A program made the position numbers and the translations under genes. Shown in pieces: positions 49,601 through 62,696 of a stretch of DNA of 64,000 bases. Source of the DNA: Ruditapes philippinarum (Eukaryota); NCBI RefSeq assembly GCF_026571515.1, contig NW_026865957.1:186001-250000 (forward strand). Reading direction: 5' to 3'. Position 1 is the stretch's first letter, and every line of letters starts with the position of its first letter. The notes under the pieces are model-generated. The model saw only the letters and a list, made by a program, of their open reading frames with translations. It ran no database searches and was not told the DNA's origin.

Positions 49601-52600
49601 CCTGCTTATAAAACAGACTCTGATAAAGGCCTCTTTCCAATTGAAATTTTCTTTAAAAGCCTGCAATTTTTCCAAAAATCTGAACTTAAACCTGCTTTTT
49701 TACTTCCCAAATTAGCAATTTCAACGATTTTTCCCAAAATCAAGAGGCTAAGGCCTCTTTCCAATTAAGTGAGAAAAATCACTGCATGTGAATATAAAGT
49801 TTCTGTAATCACAAAGGTAAGTCAATCATTAACAATTTATATACCTTATAAATTTCCTCATATGTTTCCTCGTCAATCTCTACTGTGGTAACTGTCTCTT
49901 CAACATCTCCCATTATCATGTTTAAATGTTGATCATATGCCTGTAAAACAAAAAGGTATGCTTAACTTCAGGCTAAACAAATACCATTCAAACATACTAA
50001 TACTGTAAAATCATTATTATTCGTGGTGCACGTATTTTCGTGGTTTTCGTGGGTAGGTCAATCCAAGAATTTAAGATCCGACGAAATTTTATCCCAACAA
50101 ATACTTCTTACCCAGTCTCTGTTCTATATATATCAAACATGCGTCGGCTCTTTTCTGGCCGATATTTCGTAAAATGGATGTAAATACAGACAGATACAGT
50201 AATCAGGTAATTGACATATTAAATCCGTTTGCATTATTTAAGAAACTTGAAGAAAACTCGATTATATATATATCCTTAAAATGTCGCATATACATACTTG
50301 ATCGTTGTAGTCTACTAGGACTTGATTGTTTTAACAAGAATACTTGACATAATCGAGTAAATTTGGGAACCCAGGCAGTGCAATAATTAGCGCTAATTTA
50401 AATTATTAATTTAAAAAAAAACTTTGATATTATTGTCGTAAGTACACAAAACTAAAAAAAAAAAAATACGCCACCGACTTTTACAAGATCCACATATACT
50501 AGTACTCGTGTTATTCACCGATACACAGACGCTGTGACGTTGCGTGTAGTTACTGTCAAATATGTTAAGACCAATTCAAGGAGTAAACTTTTAACTCGCT
50601 GGTTAAAACCTGTCAAATGTCGTATAAATTATGCGATGTTTACATCGGCGAATTACAGGGGCAATGTGTCCAATGGAGGTGCATATCATGTCACTTAAAT
50701 GTGTTAATTGCAGTCAATTATCGGCAGTAACTGTGCTATATTAGAGTTATGCCCAGAGGCAAGGATTAAATTAATTGACAAGCGCTGTGTGACAAGTAAA
50801 GATATGTACATGTTGTAAGTAAAAATGTTCGGCGATTCAGTTTAAGATTACTTTGCATTAGGTTACTGAATTTTTTTTATACAAGAAAACGAAAATCCAC
50901 GAATTTAAGAACCCACGAAAATGCCCGTTTTGATAAAACCACGAAATTTCATGCCCACGAATATAAGTGAATTCGCAGTATACAATGTCATTGAAATGTT
51001 AAAACAAGAGACAAGATTTGTCGGTTTCCAATGAAAAAGTGCATTTATTCATACAGTCAACTCCGCTTATAACAAATTCAATGTCTGAATCTGAATGGGA
51101 CATTTATATATTGTTTGTTTTATCGGAAGTTCACTAAAAGTGAAGTAGCAACAACATGCTGACTTGTTTAGGTCGCCGTGAAGAAGCCATACAGGTGTAA
51201 TCAGTATATTACAGCAGTGGTAATTTTATGCAGGGCATTTTATTGAACAATTTATTATGTACATGGTACATGTACATGTATTTGGACATGTAGGAAATGT
51301 CTGAAGTGCTTACTATTTGTATTCTTTTGTTATTTGTTTATTATTGTTTGGTTAATATTCATACAGAGAATTGATAATTTGGTAATTATCGGGTACATGT
51401 ATTTACAGCAATTTATCAACTGAGGGTGCAAAAAACAAGTAGGAAATTATGTTGAGAGGAAAGTTATGTGTTTTTCACTGTTTGCAGGGGTTTACTTAAG
51501 GTTTTGACTTTCACTTGCCCGAAGGGCAAGTAACTTTGAAAATCTACTTGCCCCCAGGAAAAACAGGTTGCCCGATCTTAAATGTGAAGTTTGTTAATAA
51601 TCAAAGCAAAAATTATGGGTAAAAATAAGATTTATTGCAGATCCTATCAACTTATGCCTCAGATAGTAAAATAGTCCTAAATTCCCTACTGTATATGTTT
51701 GTTTGCTCATTCACAATAGTCTAGGGGTCGACACAACTTTCTTTGCCAGGGATCCAATAGAAATCCCTGAGATTTAAAAACTCCTAAATGTCAGGGATTC
51801 CTCACATCAAAATAGTAAAATGAAAGTGAAGATTAACAATAGTCATGTCCGACATGATCTGTTAAGGCTTATAAAAATTACAGGAAATATTAGGCCCTAT
51901 TCCAGATGACTTTTAAAATATATTAACATTCAGATGCTATCACCTTAAAAATATTTATTCCCTAAAACAACATTAAAAAGGAAACAGTACATTGATTGTT
52001 AAAATTGTGCTAGGTTTTAAATGTTTATTGTTGATTTCAAACAATGTAAAATATCAAAAATATGTTTGCTTTGTTTGCATTACCAAACTAGTAATGTACC
52101 TTTCAAATTTTATTTCATTTTTAAAAACAACAAGTTGCTCCAAGTCCATGACAGGATGTGTTATACTCAATTTAAATTGATTCCTATCCTCCCTGTTTGT
52201 ATTAAAATTTTTTTGAAGTTTTAACCTATGTCACATCAAAGGGACTCACCCCATGCAGTAATCATACAGTTCAGAGCACTGACTGGTTCAAAGAACTGTC
52301 AGACGAAATATACGTCATTTGCTGTATGTTTCACCTAAGGAGGTTTTTTTCTGTTTTGGTCGTAAATTAGGCATGACCTAGAATGACCTCAGATAACTTA
52401 TAGTTACACAATATGCTGTGATTTACCAAAAAGGATTTTAAACATTTTATGGATTATTTTATTCTGTTTATTTATAGGTAAGAATATTTCTAAACATTGC
52501 CGTAGGGGAGAAAGGAAAATAAATTAACAACAGTTCAAGACTATTATGGTTTTTCGTCAAGATTTGTGTAAAAAAGATTACTGGTGATGAATTTAAAAAA

Positions 52601-55600
52601 AAAATCTATAGGCCTATTGCAAATGAGTTGACGCCAGTTAGTTAAATTTTGACTGTATGAAGAAAACAATAGCGTACAGGATTCAAAGGAGTAGATTTTT
52701 ACGGCCCGATTTTTCTGTTCTTTCTTGAACCTTGCAGTTGTGTCAGTCTTTATTGACATAACTCATCTCGAATTTTTGTGATTTTATGCTTTTTATTCAG
52801 AAAATCAGATGTTTTCTTTGCCGTGGCTTTTTCTTTAATTGCTGTAGATTTTTTTCTTTTAAAAATGAGAAAACTTTCGGCGCCGCCCGCCATTTTGAAA
52901 GGAAAGCAAAATAGAAAAAAAGGTTTTTTACGTAATTTGATGGGTTGATAGGAGTCCAACTACAATCAGAAACAGTTATAAATACACTTGTTTGACTGTA
53001 ATATGAACGGAAAGAAAAGTATTATCGGCAAAGGATATCAAAGCTAATAGAAGGCATAACGAAAATTCACTTGCCCGCCGGGCAATTTGCTTTCAAATTT
53101 CACTTGCCCGCAGCGATTTCTACCCCACGCGGGCAAGCGGGCGTCCGCTTAAATAAACCCCTGTGTTTGGGGCAAAAAAAATGGTTCGCTTTAGCCGAAA
53201 ATATATTTTAAGCGAGTACGTATGAAGCAATAGAAGGAATCGGCCAGGGATTTCATATTTAGTGTGCAATAAATGATAATTCCTTATAAGCAAGTTCATC
53301 ATAAGTGGTTAACTACATGTAAGATTTCCTAACTTTGCATACTTAAACAAGTTCATCAATGACAAAAGACAACAAGAGCTGTCACAGGAGACAGCGAAGC
53401 TCGACTAATAAAATACTGGACGCAGTAAGGAGGACAAAACTATGAAAGAAAAATCAATTATGTATAATTATGTATTAAGTTATAGTAAAAAAACATTTGT
53501 TAACATAAATTCCAAGATCAAGGGGAATAATTCTAGAAATAGTCACACTAGAGTTATGAACCTTGTCACACAACATGTGTGTAATGATAAGAAATATATA
53601 TTTGAAGTTTGAAGTAGATACCTTAAAAAGTAAAGAAGTTATAATATTTCTTAAAGAAAATCCTAAGTTCAAAGAGAGATAAATCTGTAAATATTGCTTC
53701 AAGAGTTATGAACATTGTCACATAAAAACTGAATTGATGATAAGGAATAAGTATTTGAAGTTTGAGGTAGATACCTTTAAATCTAAAAAAGTTATAGAAA
53801 AAAAAAATATTTTTTAAGGAAAATTCTAAGTTCAAGGGGAGATAACTCTGAAAATATTGGTGCTAGAGTTATGAACCTTGTCACATAAGATGGGGATGAT
53901 GATAACGTACATATATTTGAAGTATGAGGTTGATCCCTTAACAAATAAAGAAGTAACAGTAAAAAATAGTATTTTTTGAGGAAAATTCTAAGTTCAAGGG
54001 GAGATAAATCTGAAAATATTGGTGCTAGAGTTATGAACCTTGTCACATAAGATGGGGATGATGATAACGTACATATATTTGAAGTATGAGGTTGATCCCT
54101 TCACAAATAAAGAAGTAACAGTAAAAAATAGTATTTTTTGAGGAAAATTCTAAGTTCAAGGGGAGATAAATCTGAAAATATTGGTGCTAGAGTTATGAAC
54201 CTTGTCACATAAGATGTGGTTGATGATAAGGAACATATATTTGAAGTTGATACCTTAAGAAATGACAAAGTTATAGTGAAAAATATTTTACTGCACCAAA
54301 ACTTTAATCTGAAATCTGGACGCGGACGTGGACGCCGACGCCGGGGCGAGTAGGACAGCTCTCCATATTCTTCGTATAGTCAAGCTAAAAATACAGTATT
54401 GAGTGATTTTTCACCTGTATGATCTTGACCTCTGGGCTGCTTAACAAGATATTGTTATCTATCCACAAATAATAAAGTTCTGCACAGATCTATTTTCAAT
54501 CATGATGTTTTATGTTAGATTGTCACCCTGACCTGTGAGCTGGAGATTTTATAAGTTTTTACTATATACATATAAGGAAAATCAATGATCTCCAGGCCAA
54601 TTTTAACCCCAGGGCCCTTATTTGAATAAAAATGATAGACACCCATTAGAAGATGTTTCATGCTACATATCTTAGCTCTAGCTCTAAAGGCTTTTTAAAA
54701 GAAGATTTTTAAGTTTTTACTGTATACATAAAGGGAAAAACAATGACCCCCTGGGGTGGGGCCAATTTTGACCCCAGGGCTTTTATTTGAACAAACTTGG
54801 TAGACAACCACTAGAAGATGTTTCATGCTTAATAGCTAAGCTCTAGCTATTTGGGTTTTTTTAAAAGAAGATTTTTTAAGTTATTTTCTATATACAAATA
54901 AGGAAAATCAATGACACTCCCCCCCCCCCCCCGGGCGGGGCCAATTTTGCCCCCTGGGCATTTCTTTGAACAAACTTGGTAGACACTGACTAGATGATGT
55001 TTCATGCCAAATATTTAAGCTCTAGCTCTTATGGTTTTCTAAAAGAAGATATTTTTTAAGTAGTTCTGCTTGGAATTAAGTTCTTTGGACAATTTTAAAG
55101 TTGACTACCAAAGAAACATTCCTGTGAGGTTTGGATGAAATTGGCTTAGTGGTTAATGAGGAGATGTTTAAAGTTATAGTTTACGGATGGAGGCTGGACG
55201 AAAAGCGATCACAAAAGCTCACCATGTCACTTTGTGACAGGTGAGCTAATAAATAAATAAAGGAAATTGAAGCATGAAGATTAAATTACATGTAATCTGC
55301 CTCTAAGTTCTCTGTCATTTCTCATCTTTACATAGATTCTCTCATCTAAACTCAGCCTGATCAGATCCAATGGCTCTTCTACTGTCTGGGCAGGTACTTG
55401 CTGAAAACATAATATAAAGTTTAAAAGATCAACTTTATGCCAAAAAAAAACTCACAAGAGTATTAGTATTTTATATAAATTAAAAACAAAGAGAAAATAC
55501 TTTCTTAAATGTGCTGTTAAGTAAAATTTAAAATGATCAACAAATTATGCTGGTTAGAATGCAAAAAGGTCAGTTTTTTGTACATTTCTTTGATGGAAGT

Positions 55601-57643
55601 GGCTAGTCATTTGGGCCCATACTGTTAGCCAAAAGTTCTAGCCGTATGTGAATCATGTCTGTCTAGCCTATATGCAGTGTTCAGGAAAGCCATACAGCAT
55701 TTTTTCAATATTAACAAATAAATGCAACGTTGAACATTAGTCAGTAACTTGCACATCTTAAATTACATTTTCACAAAGAATGATAATATATATTTTTACT
55801 ACTTAATTTTATCAATGATATTTGGCAATTTATATTATGACAACTTGACAAGATATATCACCTTTGGATAGATCTATCTATTGCTTGAAACTGAAACTTC
55901 TCTTGGTTTGAAATTTTGAAAAGTATTGCAATAAACAATTTTTCAAAATTCAAAATATGATCATTTACGTATAAATCCTTTTTTATAAATAAGCACATTA
56001 AAAATAACGTAAAAACAACATATGTGATAAGAGATTAACAGAAAATGGCGGACGGGATTTTCCAAACGCCGACGCATGCGCAGTGGTCCCTCTTCCAATG
56101 ATAGGTTGAACACCACCAATTTATTCGTTTCTGTTTACGCTACAAAATACCTGCATTTACTTAATATGAAATTAGGTGCTACTTATGGCGTGGAAAGCTC
56201 TTATGATTTATGATTTAATTAAGCATAACATGTTTAGTGTACATGTTAACCAGTTCTATCATGCAATTCGTTAATAAGTAAATGCAGGTATTTTGTAAAC
56301 AGAAACAAATAAATTGGTGGTGTTCAACCTATCATCGCAAGAGGGACCACTGCGCATGCGTCGGCGTTTGGGTCCGCCATTTTCTGTTTATCTCTAATTC
56401 ACATCTGTTGTTTTTACGTTATTTTTAATGTGCTTATTTATCAAAAAGGATTTAAAAGTATCTTTTTACATTTATCATCGTTACTATAGTTCTTATGAAT
56501 GAAATGAATGTTTATTTTCTGATTTTGTACATCATTCTTTCACCGGAAGTGTTATTTAGCATGCGTCTGCTAGCAATAGTCTGAATTAAGTAGACGCTCA
56601 ATTAAAGCGCTCTGATATCTATATTTAGCTCAAAAGGATTTTAAAATGGCGGCGCCCAGTTAACTAAGGATTTTTTCACAGCTCATTAGGTATAGGATAT
56701 ATATATTTTTGAAATTTTCATTTAATTTTAATTTAATTTCATTTGAATTGATACGCGTCATACATGTTATCTAAGAGCGCTACAGCCTTCGCGGGGCCTT
56801 TGGCCCCGCTCGGACTTTCCGCGTATTAACGAATTGCATGATAGATCTGGTAAACATGTACACTAAACATGTTATGCTTAAATCATAAATCATAAGAGCT
56901 TTCCGTGCCATAGGTAGCACCTAATTTCATAATATGAAATTAGGCAAAGCCTATCAACGGGGAAGTCCTTTCATTCTTTCCGTTTTAAAGGTGTCATTCG
57001 GTATAACATGCACCGCTTCCGTTTTCACTCGGAACACTCGACGATTATTATTGATCCGAAAAGTTGAGATTTGTTCCGTTATCGGAATACCCCGCCTATT
57101 ATCATTGAGTTTCATTGTAAATGGCGGCGCCCGACTAGGACTGACACTGAAAATTTCATTGATAGGTATAGAATTCTATATATTTTTAATTGTTTTTTTA
57201 TTTTATTTTCTTTTAAATATACACGTGTAGTCTATAGCCGGGCAAGCCAAAGCCCGGACCTGCTTCGCGGGCCCGGTCTTTGACTTCCCCGTATTAATCA
57301 AAATACTTAAAAATTTAGCTTCTATCTATTTAATTCCAGTTCATTTTCGTTTTTCCAAAACTTCCTTAAACTTTCGATATCATAAGAGAAATCTAAACGT
57401 GCGTCACTTATCATGGTTTCATTCCCTCTTCAACTTTCATATTATTTTTCTGTCGCGAAAACATATGTCAATAAGCCAAAACTTCATTTTTCCGCATTAA
57501 AGCTTCACATTCTTAACCTGAACAATATCTTTTACATAATGTTCATACCCCATAATATCGTACAGATATGTCAACGGGTTAAAAAGTAGATAAATCATCA
57601 AAGAAAAAATTAGAAAATTTACCGGTTCCGTTTCGTCCGCCAT
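46619..57643 (-). CDS. LSM3: U6 snRNA-associated Sm-like protein LSm3 (103 aa); exons 57623-57643, 55290-55400, 49845-49940, 46619-46702
   Basis: Spliced translation [103 protein letters not shown]; all introns GT-AG and phase 0. Confidence 0.97.
47006..48519. mobile_element. Non-autonomous hAT-type DNA transposon in LSM3 intron 3
   Basis: TIR tagagctgtcat/atgacagctcta, exact 8-bp TSD attctgtt on both sides, subterminal atcgat repeats. Confidence 0.9.
48847..49437 (-). mobile_element. HINE-like element with ~175-bp tandem repeats
   Basis: IR gctcgactattc/gaatagtcgagc, hairpin gctgtc..gacagc, (GACGCC)n tract, about 3 units. Confidence 0.8.
50001..50980. mobile_element. TA-flanked MITE (Tc1/mariner-type ends) in LSM3 intron 2
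   Basis: tactgtaaaatca..tattcgtgg..ttttcgtgggt / acccacgaaaa..ccacgaata..tgaattcgcagta. Confidence 0.75.
51485..53163. mobile_element. Non-autonomous hAT-like element with apparent 6-bp TSD
   Basis: TIR caggggtttacttaag/cttaaataaacccctg; tgtttg directly flanks both ends; subterminal acttgccc/gggcaag repeats. Confidence 0.8.
53371..54391 (-). mobile_element. HINE-like element with ~160-bp tandem repeats
   Basis: Hairpin gctgtc..gacagc, IR gctcgacta/tagtcaagc, (GACGCC/GACGCG)n tract, about 5 units. Confidence 0.8.
54450..55249 (-). mobile_element. HINE-like element (caggtgagctaa end) with ~180-bp repeats
   Basis: Three units containing ggccaattttgacccc; terminal gctcacc..ggtgagc IR; left limit approximate. 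Confidence 0.65.
55971..56455. repeat. Long inverted repeat (arms ~195 bp) in LSM3 intron 1
   Basis: 55971-56165 is the reverse complement of about 56271-56455. Confidence 0.9.
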
Positions 57644-58075
57644 TTTAGCGTGCTTATTTTATTTGCACGTTGTGAAAATTTGATTACAACAGAGCAAGTT
57701 ACACTAAATGTTATTATGAATCAATCAAAGGCTTTCGTTGAAATTTGCTATATAAAACTATTTAAGATTTCTAATCACGTCATCTTTTAAAGAAATATTT
57801 CATTAAGAATTTTTAAACTTAACTCCCAATTTTAGTCAATAATTTGCTAATTTTGATATGGGTAGATTTACCCATATATTTATAAACACAAGCTTAAAAA
57901 TATTCGTGTCTTAAAAAACTTATTATGAATTGTTTTGAAATGTTTTATTTACACGGATACTAACGCATATCTGTCTCCAAATAATGTTCAAATATATGGA
58001 GAATGGGAGATCCCTACTTAATCACTTAAAATGTTGATAATAATTGTGGACTCAGTTTTTATTGAGGCAGTTCAT

Positions 58076-59935
58076 CAAGTCAAGTCAAGTCAAGTAAATT
58101 TTATTTATAAGTCGGATACATCAACAATAAACATAAGCTCTGATGAGCTTTTTACACCGACTACAATAATATAAAACACATGTTTAAGATATGATAAATG
58201 ACAAAATGGTTATGATAAAATTAGACAAATATCATTGCATTAACAAATAGAGTATACAAACAGCACTGTACTAGCATTCATCAATAGCATACAAAAGTAA
58301 GAGGTAATCCATATTAGATCTAATAATAAAAAACCATTAATATACATACTAAAAGTTAAGATCACACATCACAGCTTATATAAGACACATAAACATTTAA
58401 GCAGAGGAACATCAGGCATGCATACACACAATAAAATGCATTGACAAACCAACTTATAAAAAGAGCAAATATAATATATAAATAAATAAAACATGTTAGG
58501 ACTAAGCAATAGAAAGACAAGGTTAAAATATGCATAATGAACATCAATCCTGACATTAACATACACACAAACATTCAAGTTATACCTGTATATAAAAGAT
58601 GATACATAGCACATAAAAATAGAAATAAATCTATTACAATAAAAGCACACAAAAGCATAGCACTTAAAAAATAGAAATAAATCTATCACATTAAAAGCAC
58701 ACACAAAGCAGCTCATATCAAAGCACAGTTATAAAACAAATGCAAAAGTAAAAGTAACTAAAAAATTGAAACATCCAGCATGTCGCTGCCAACATTTTGG
58801 TTTTTTTCTTTTTGATGATGTACATGCGTTATGTGTATTACATGAAGTACAGGAGCAGTTCTCCCTTTGCCAAGTATTTATCAATGATCTAAAATGGTTA
58901 AAAGATGAAGTTTGTCTAAAATTATCTGGAAATTGATTCCAAAGTTTGGCAGCGGCATACCGGAAAGATTTCTTACCAATATCTGTCAGTTATTGGTAAA
59001 GGTACCTCAACAATATTGGTGTGTCTAAAATTATATTTCGAATGTTTAAGATGTAGTAAAATCATTTAAATAAACAGGAAACATATCATTTAGAATTTTG
59101 TATGTTTCTAAAAGCAATTGCTCTTAATCTCCTAACTTTCAAAGAAATAAGGCCAGACTTCTCAAGTAGTTGATCATAGTTACTGTTAAAATCATCATAA
59201 ATAAATCTCAAAGCTCTTTCCTGAATTTTTTCTATTTTCCTAGTGTTTGATTCATTGGTAAAATGCCAAGTAAGAGGACAATAATTAAAAGTTTGACATG
59301 ACAAAAGAGTAGTATATTGTGAGTCTGCTTAAACTAATTAAGATGTTTACCAATTCTCTTTAGTACATTCAGTTGTTTAGAGGCTTTCCTACATATATTT
59401 GACACATGTGAATTAAAATTTAACATAAAATCTAAGTTTACACCAAGCAGCTTTACTTCATCGTCACATGATATTTCTATATTTTTGAATTTAAAATTAA
59501 TTTTCTGCTGGTGGGTTTTCTTCCCAAGAGCTATTGCCTTGGAACTTCTCAGGGTTTAGCCTTCAATTTGATTTTTTGAGAACCAGTCTATCAAAGTTAA
59601 ACTATCTTTTTCTAAAGTGCTAACCAAATCCGTTTTACAAGTGCTTGAGTAAGAAAGAGTGTTATCATCCGCATAGTTATACAGTTGACTTTTATTTATG
59701 AAAAAGAAAATGTCGTTTATAAAAAATATTAAACAAAATCGGTCCAAGTATTGAGCCTTGTGGGACGCCTTTAATTATGTTTTGATAATCACTACATATA
59801 TTTCCTATCTTAACACATTGTTGCCTATTAGACAGATAACTTTTAATAAGATTGAGTGATTGTTCAGACATACCATAAAATTTCATTTTAAGTAATAATA
59901 AATCACGAGGCAAGCAGTCGAAGGCTTTTGAGAGG
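58076..59935 (-). mobile_element. 5'-truncated, frameshifted LINE (CR1/L2-group) reverse transcriptase plus 3' UTR
   Basis: Fragments LSKAFDCLP, GVPQGSILGP, YADDNTL and KIEKIQERALRFIY in different frames; terminal CSCTSC; tail aataaa followed by (acttg)n. Confidence 0.9.
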
Positions 59936-60502
59936 CTGAAATATGAAGATTTTGTGATAAATAGTTTCAAGATAATGAGTCGAAACCATTTTGACATTTA
60001 AGGCACCTGTGACATTGACCTTTGACAAAGTGATCCCAATAGTGGACATCTACAAGTTATGACCAATCAGTATGTGAAATATGAAGACCTTGTGATAAAA
60101 AGTTTTTAAGATGAGCTGAAACCATTCTGACATTTAAGGCACCCGTGACCTTGACCTTTGACCTAGTAACCCAGAATAATTAGGGGTCATCTACTAGTTA
60201 TGACCAATCAATATGTGAAATATGAAGCGTTTGTAATAAATACTTTTCAAGATAACAAGCAGAAACCATTCTGACACTTAAGGCCCATGTGACCTTGACC
60301 TTTGAACTAGCAATTTCAAAATCAATGGGGGTCATCTACTAGTTATGTCCAGTCACTATGTGAAATATGAAAACTTTGTGATAAATAGTTTTTAAGATAT
60401 ATAATCAGCGAAAACCATGTTGTCTACCGACGGACGGACGGACCGATCGACCAACATAAGCAAAACAATAAATCCTTCTTCGAAGGTAGGGGGGGGTATA
60501 CA
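59930..60502 (-). mobile_element. HINE-like element with ~145-bp repeats (tgaccttgacctttga) abutting the LINE
   Basis: Three to four tandem units, (GGAC)n tract, terminal cttcgaag..ggggtata. Confidence 0.65.
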
Positions 60503-61543
60503 AATGTAAAAATGTTTAAAACAGGGGTAATGGGAATCTAGGTACTAAGATATGGGACGAGACAATGCTAGATATGACTGAACTGAATTGCTCTGAGATA
60601 GGCTGTATGGCAACTCAGGGATAAATATGTTCAAATAGACATACTTAAAAATTGAAAAGTCCTATGATGAATGTAATGATATTTGATGAATGTAATGATA
60701 ATGTTCTACCGGCATGTACAAAACTAATCAAAGAAATAAAAGTTCTGTTCTGTCAAAGGTACATGTGATTTGATTGGCAAGATGGACTGCAGTCTACATG
60801 GATGTCTCACGTTAGGCATATTTGTCTTTCATTGGCCAGAATTATATTGACTCTGCATCTTGACTCCTTTGTTTAGATAATAATGATACAAATTAATAAA
60901 CAATTTAACCAATAAGCATTTCATAATCAACTTTTTAATTGCTTGAGTTATAAAATAAACGAATGCACAACACTGCATTGATTACAGCATAAAGGACTTT
61001 TAAGTACAAGTTTCAAAAGGAAAAAAAGGAAACTATCTAAAGAAACATTTTTCTTGAAATATGCGCCTGAAAATGCAAAGAGATACTAGCGTTTAACATT
61101 ATTGCAGGCATTAATGTGTGGAAAATGTGCATCTCAAATGCACTGGTCATAGTCCACCATTGAATATGAAGATTATTTATAAACTAAAAAAGTAGCGATG
61201 AACATGCAGTTTTTCCGTAAGCTAAAGGTTGCAAAATGTAAACATAGTAGCATTTTGACTTCCATACAATATACTTATTCATTATAATTGACTTCCATAC
61301 AAAATACTTATTCATTATAATTATACCAATTGCAAAATCAAAGCACATAAGGCGCTGAATTCGTTTAGGTCACAGAATGTCAGAAAGGTGAAGGTTGTGA
61401 AATTATAAACCAATTTGTTTTTGTATAGTGCCACCAATGCTTTCCAGTGTTTTAACTGTTCATAGTAAATTGGCTATAAGACTAATTGCAACACTGATAT
61501 TCAATTCAAAGTTTATTTGACTTAAACAATTAAAGAAATGAGT

Positions 61544-61612
61544 TGCCCCTAACTTGGATTTGAACTCCAGACCTCTCGAATCCTAAGCGAGCGTCAAACC
61601 CCTCGGCCACGG
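61544..61612 (-). mobile_element. Degenerate tRNA-like SINE head
   Basis: Minus strand reads gtggccgagggg...gttcaaatcc (A-box and B-box like); no intact cloverleaf. Confidence 0.4.
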
Positions 61613-62619
61613 TGAAGTTATATGTCAACGGGCTGAAGAAAACCATATTATTCTAAATTAGGGTTTGTAACTCTTATTATTTCGACGCTAAACCTGTTGT
61701 GATGTTTACAGATGTAAATAATCATGGAGCTTACTATAAGCATGTATATTTATAAAGAATAAAACAATATTAGAAATCTCCGACCATTCGGGAACTAATT
61801 TGCTTGAAAATTAATGCGCCTGTCATTTGACAATCTTTAAGCAGTGATCTCCCCTGATTTTTTTCGGCGTTAGTGTGCGTATAAAGGGAAGTAACCGCTT
61901 CAAAAAAGCGGACTACTTTCGGCATTTGCAATTAAGAGCATCAAGGTCGGAAATTTCGCTACCATTATTTGTTTGGTCTGACGACCCAAACAAATAAAAA
62001 ACTAAATATGCAAAAGATACTGTAGGTAATGTATATAGCAATCAAAATGTTTTTGGAAATTGTAACATGATACCAAAAAAATAAACAGTTTTGAGATATA
62101 AAAATTATAGCATTTATGTGGCATAATGGGCCTTTAAGGGGAGGTCAGATATCATTATGCTCAAAACTAAAGCAAATCTGTCACCATTGCCTGACTTATA
62201 TTCATATAACGTTTAAAGTAAAGAAAAGCATTCCGACTGCATAATTGAAACATTTCAAATGTTAATTTTGATCTAAATCTTTTCTCTCCCACATGTTTAT
62301 TAGTCTGTAACCACCCGTACAGTTTAACAATACTGTTGTCCGTCGGCTGTTTATATTTTTCCTATGAAAATTTTCCGAAATCAAAGGAAGAAGTTATTTG
62401 TATAATTCCACTAATTTCATAGTGTAAAACCGTAGATTAAACAGAAAATAACCAGCCAGGCGACAATCAGGCTGTAAATTTACTTTGGTTATGTTACATG
62501 ATAAGTGCATATAAATACCGCGTAAATTCTTGTATAATTTTAGATAAATATACAGCGCTTATATACGAAAGCGTCCTAGCGCCAACTTTTAAAAGTAAAT
62601 ACATAAATAGAAAATACCG

Positions 62620-62696
62620 TAAATAAATAAATGATAAATAAATAAATAAATAAATAAATAAATATATAAAAATAAATAAATAATATAAAAATAAAT
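62620..62696. repeat. (TAAA)n microsatellite
   Basis: Directly visible. Confidence 0.9.

Noticed and set aside
58362-58716. Hydrophobic minus-strand ORFs
   Set aside because: Low-complexity T-rich 3' UTR of the LINE.
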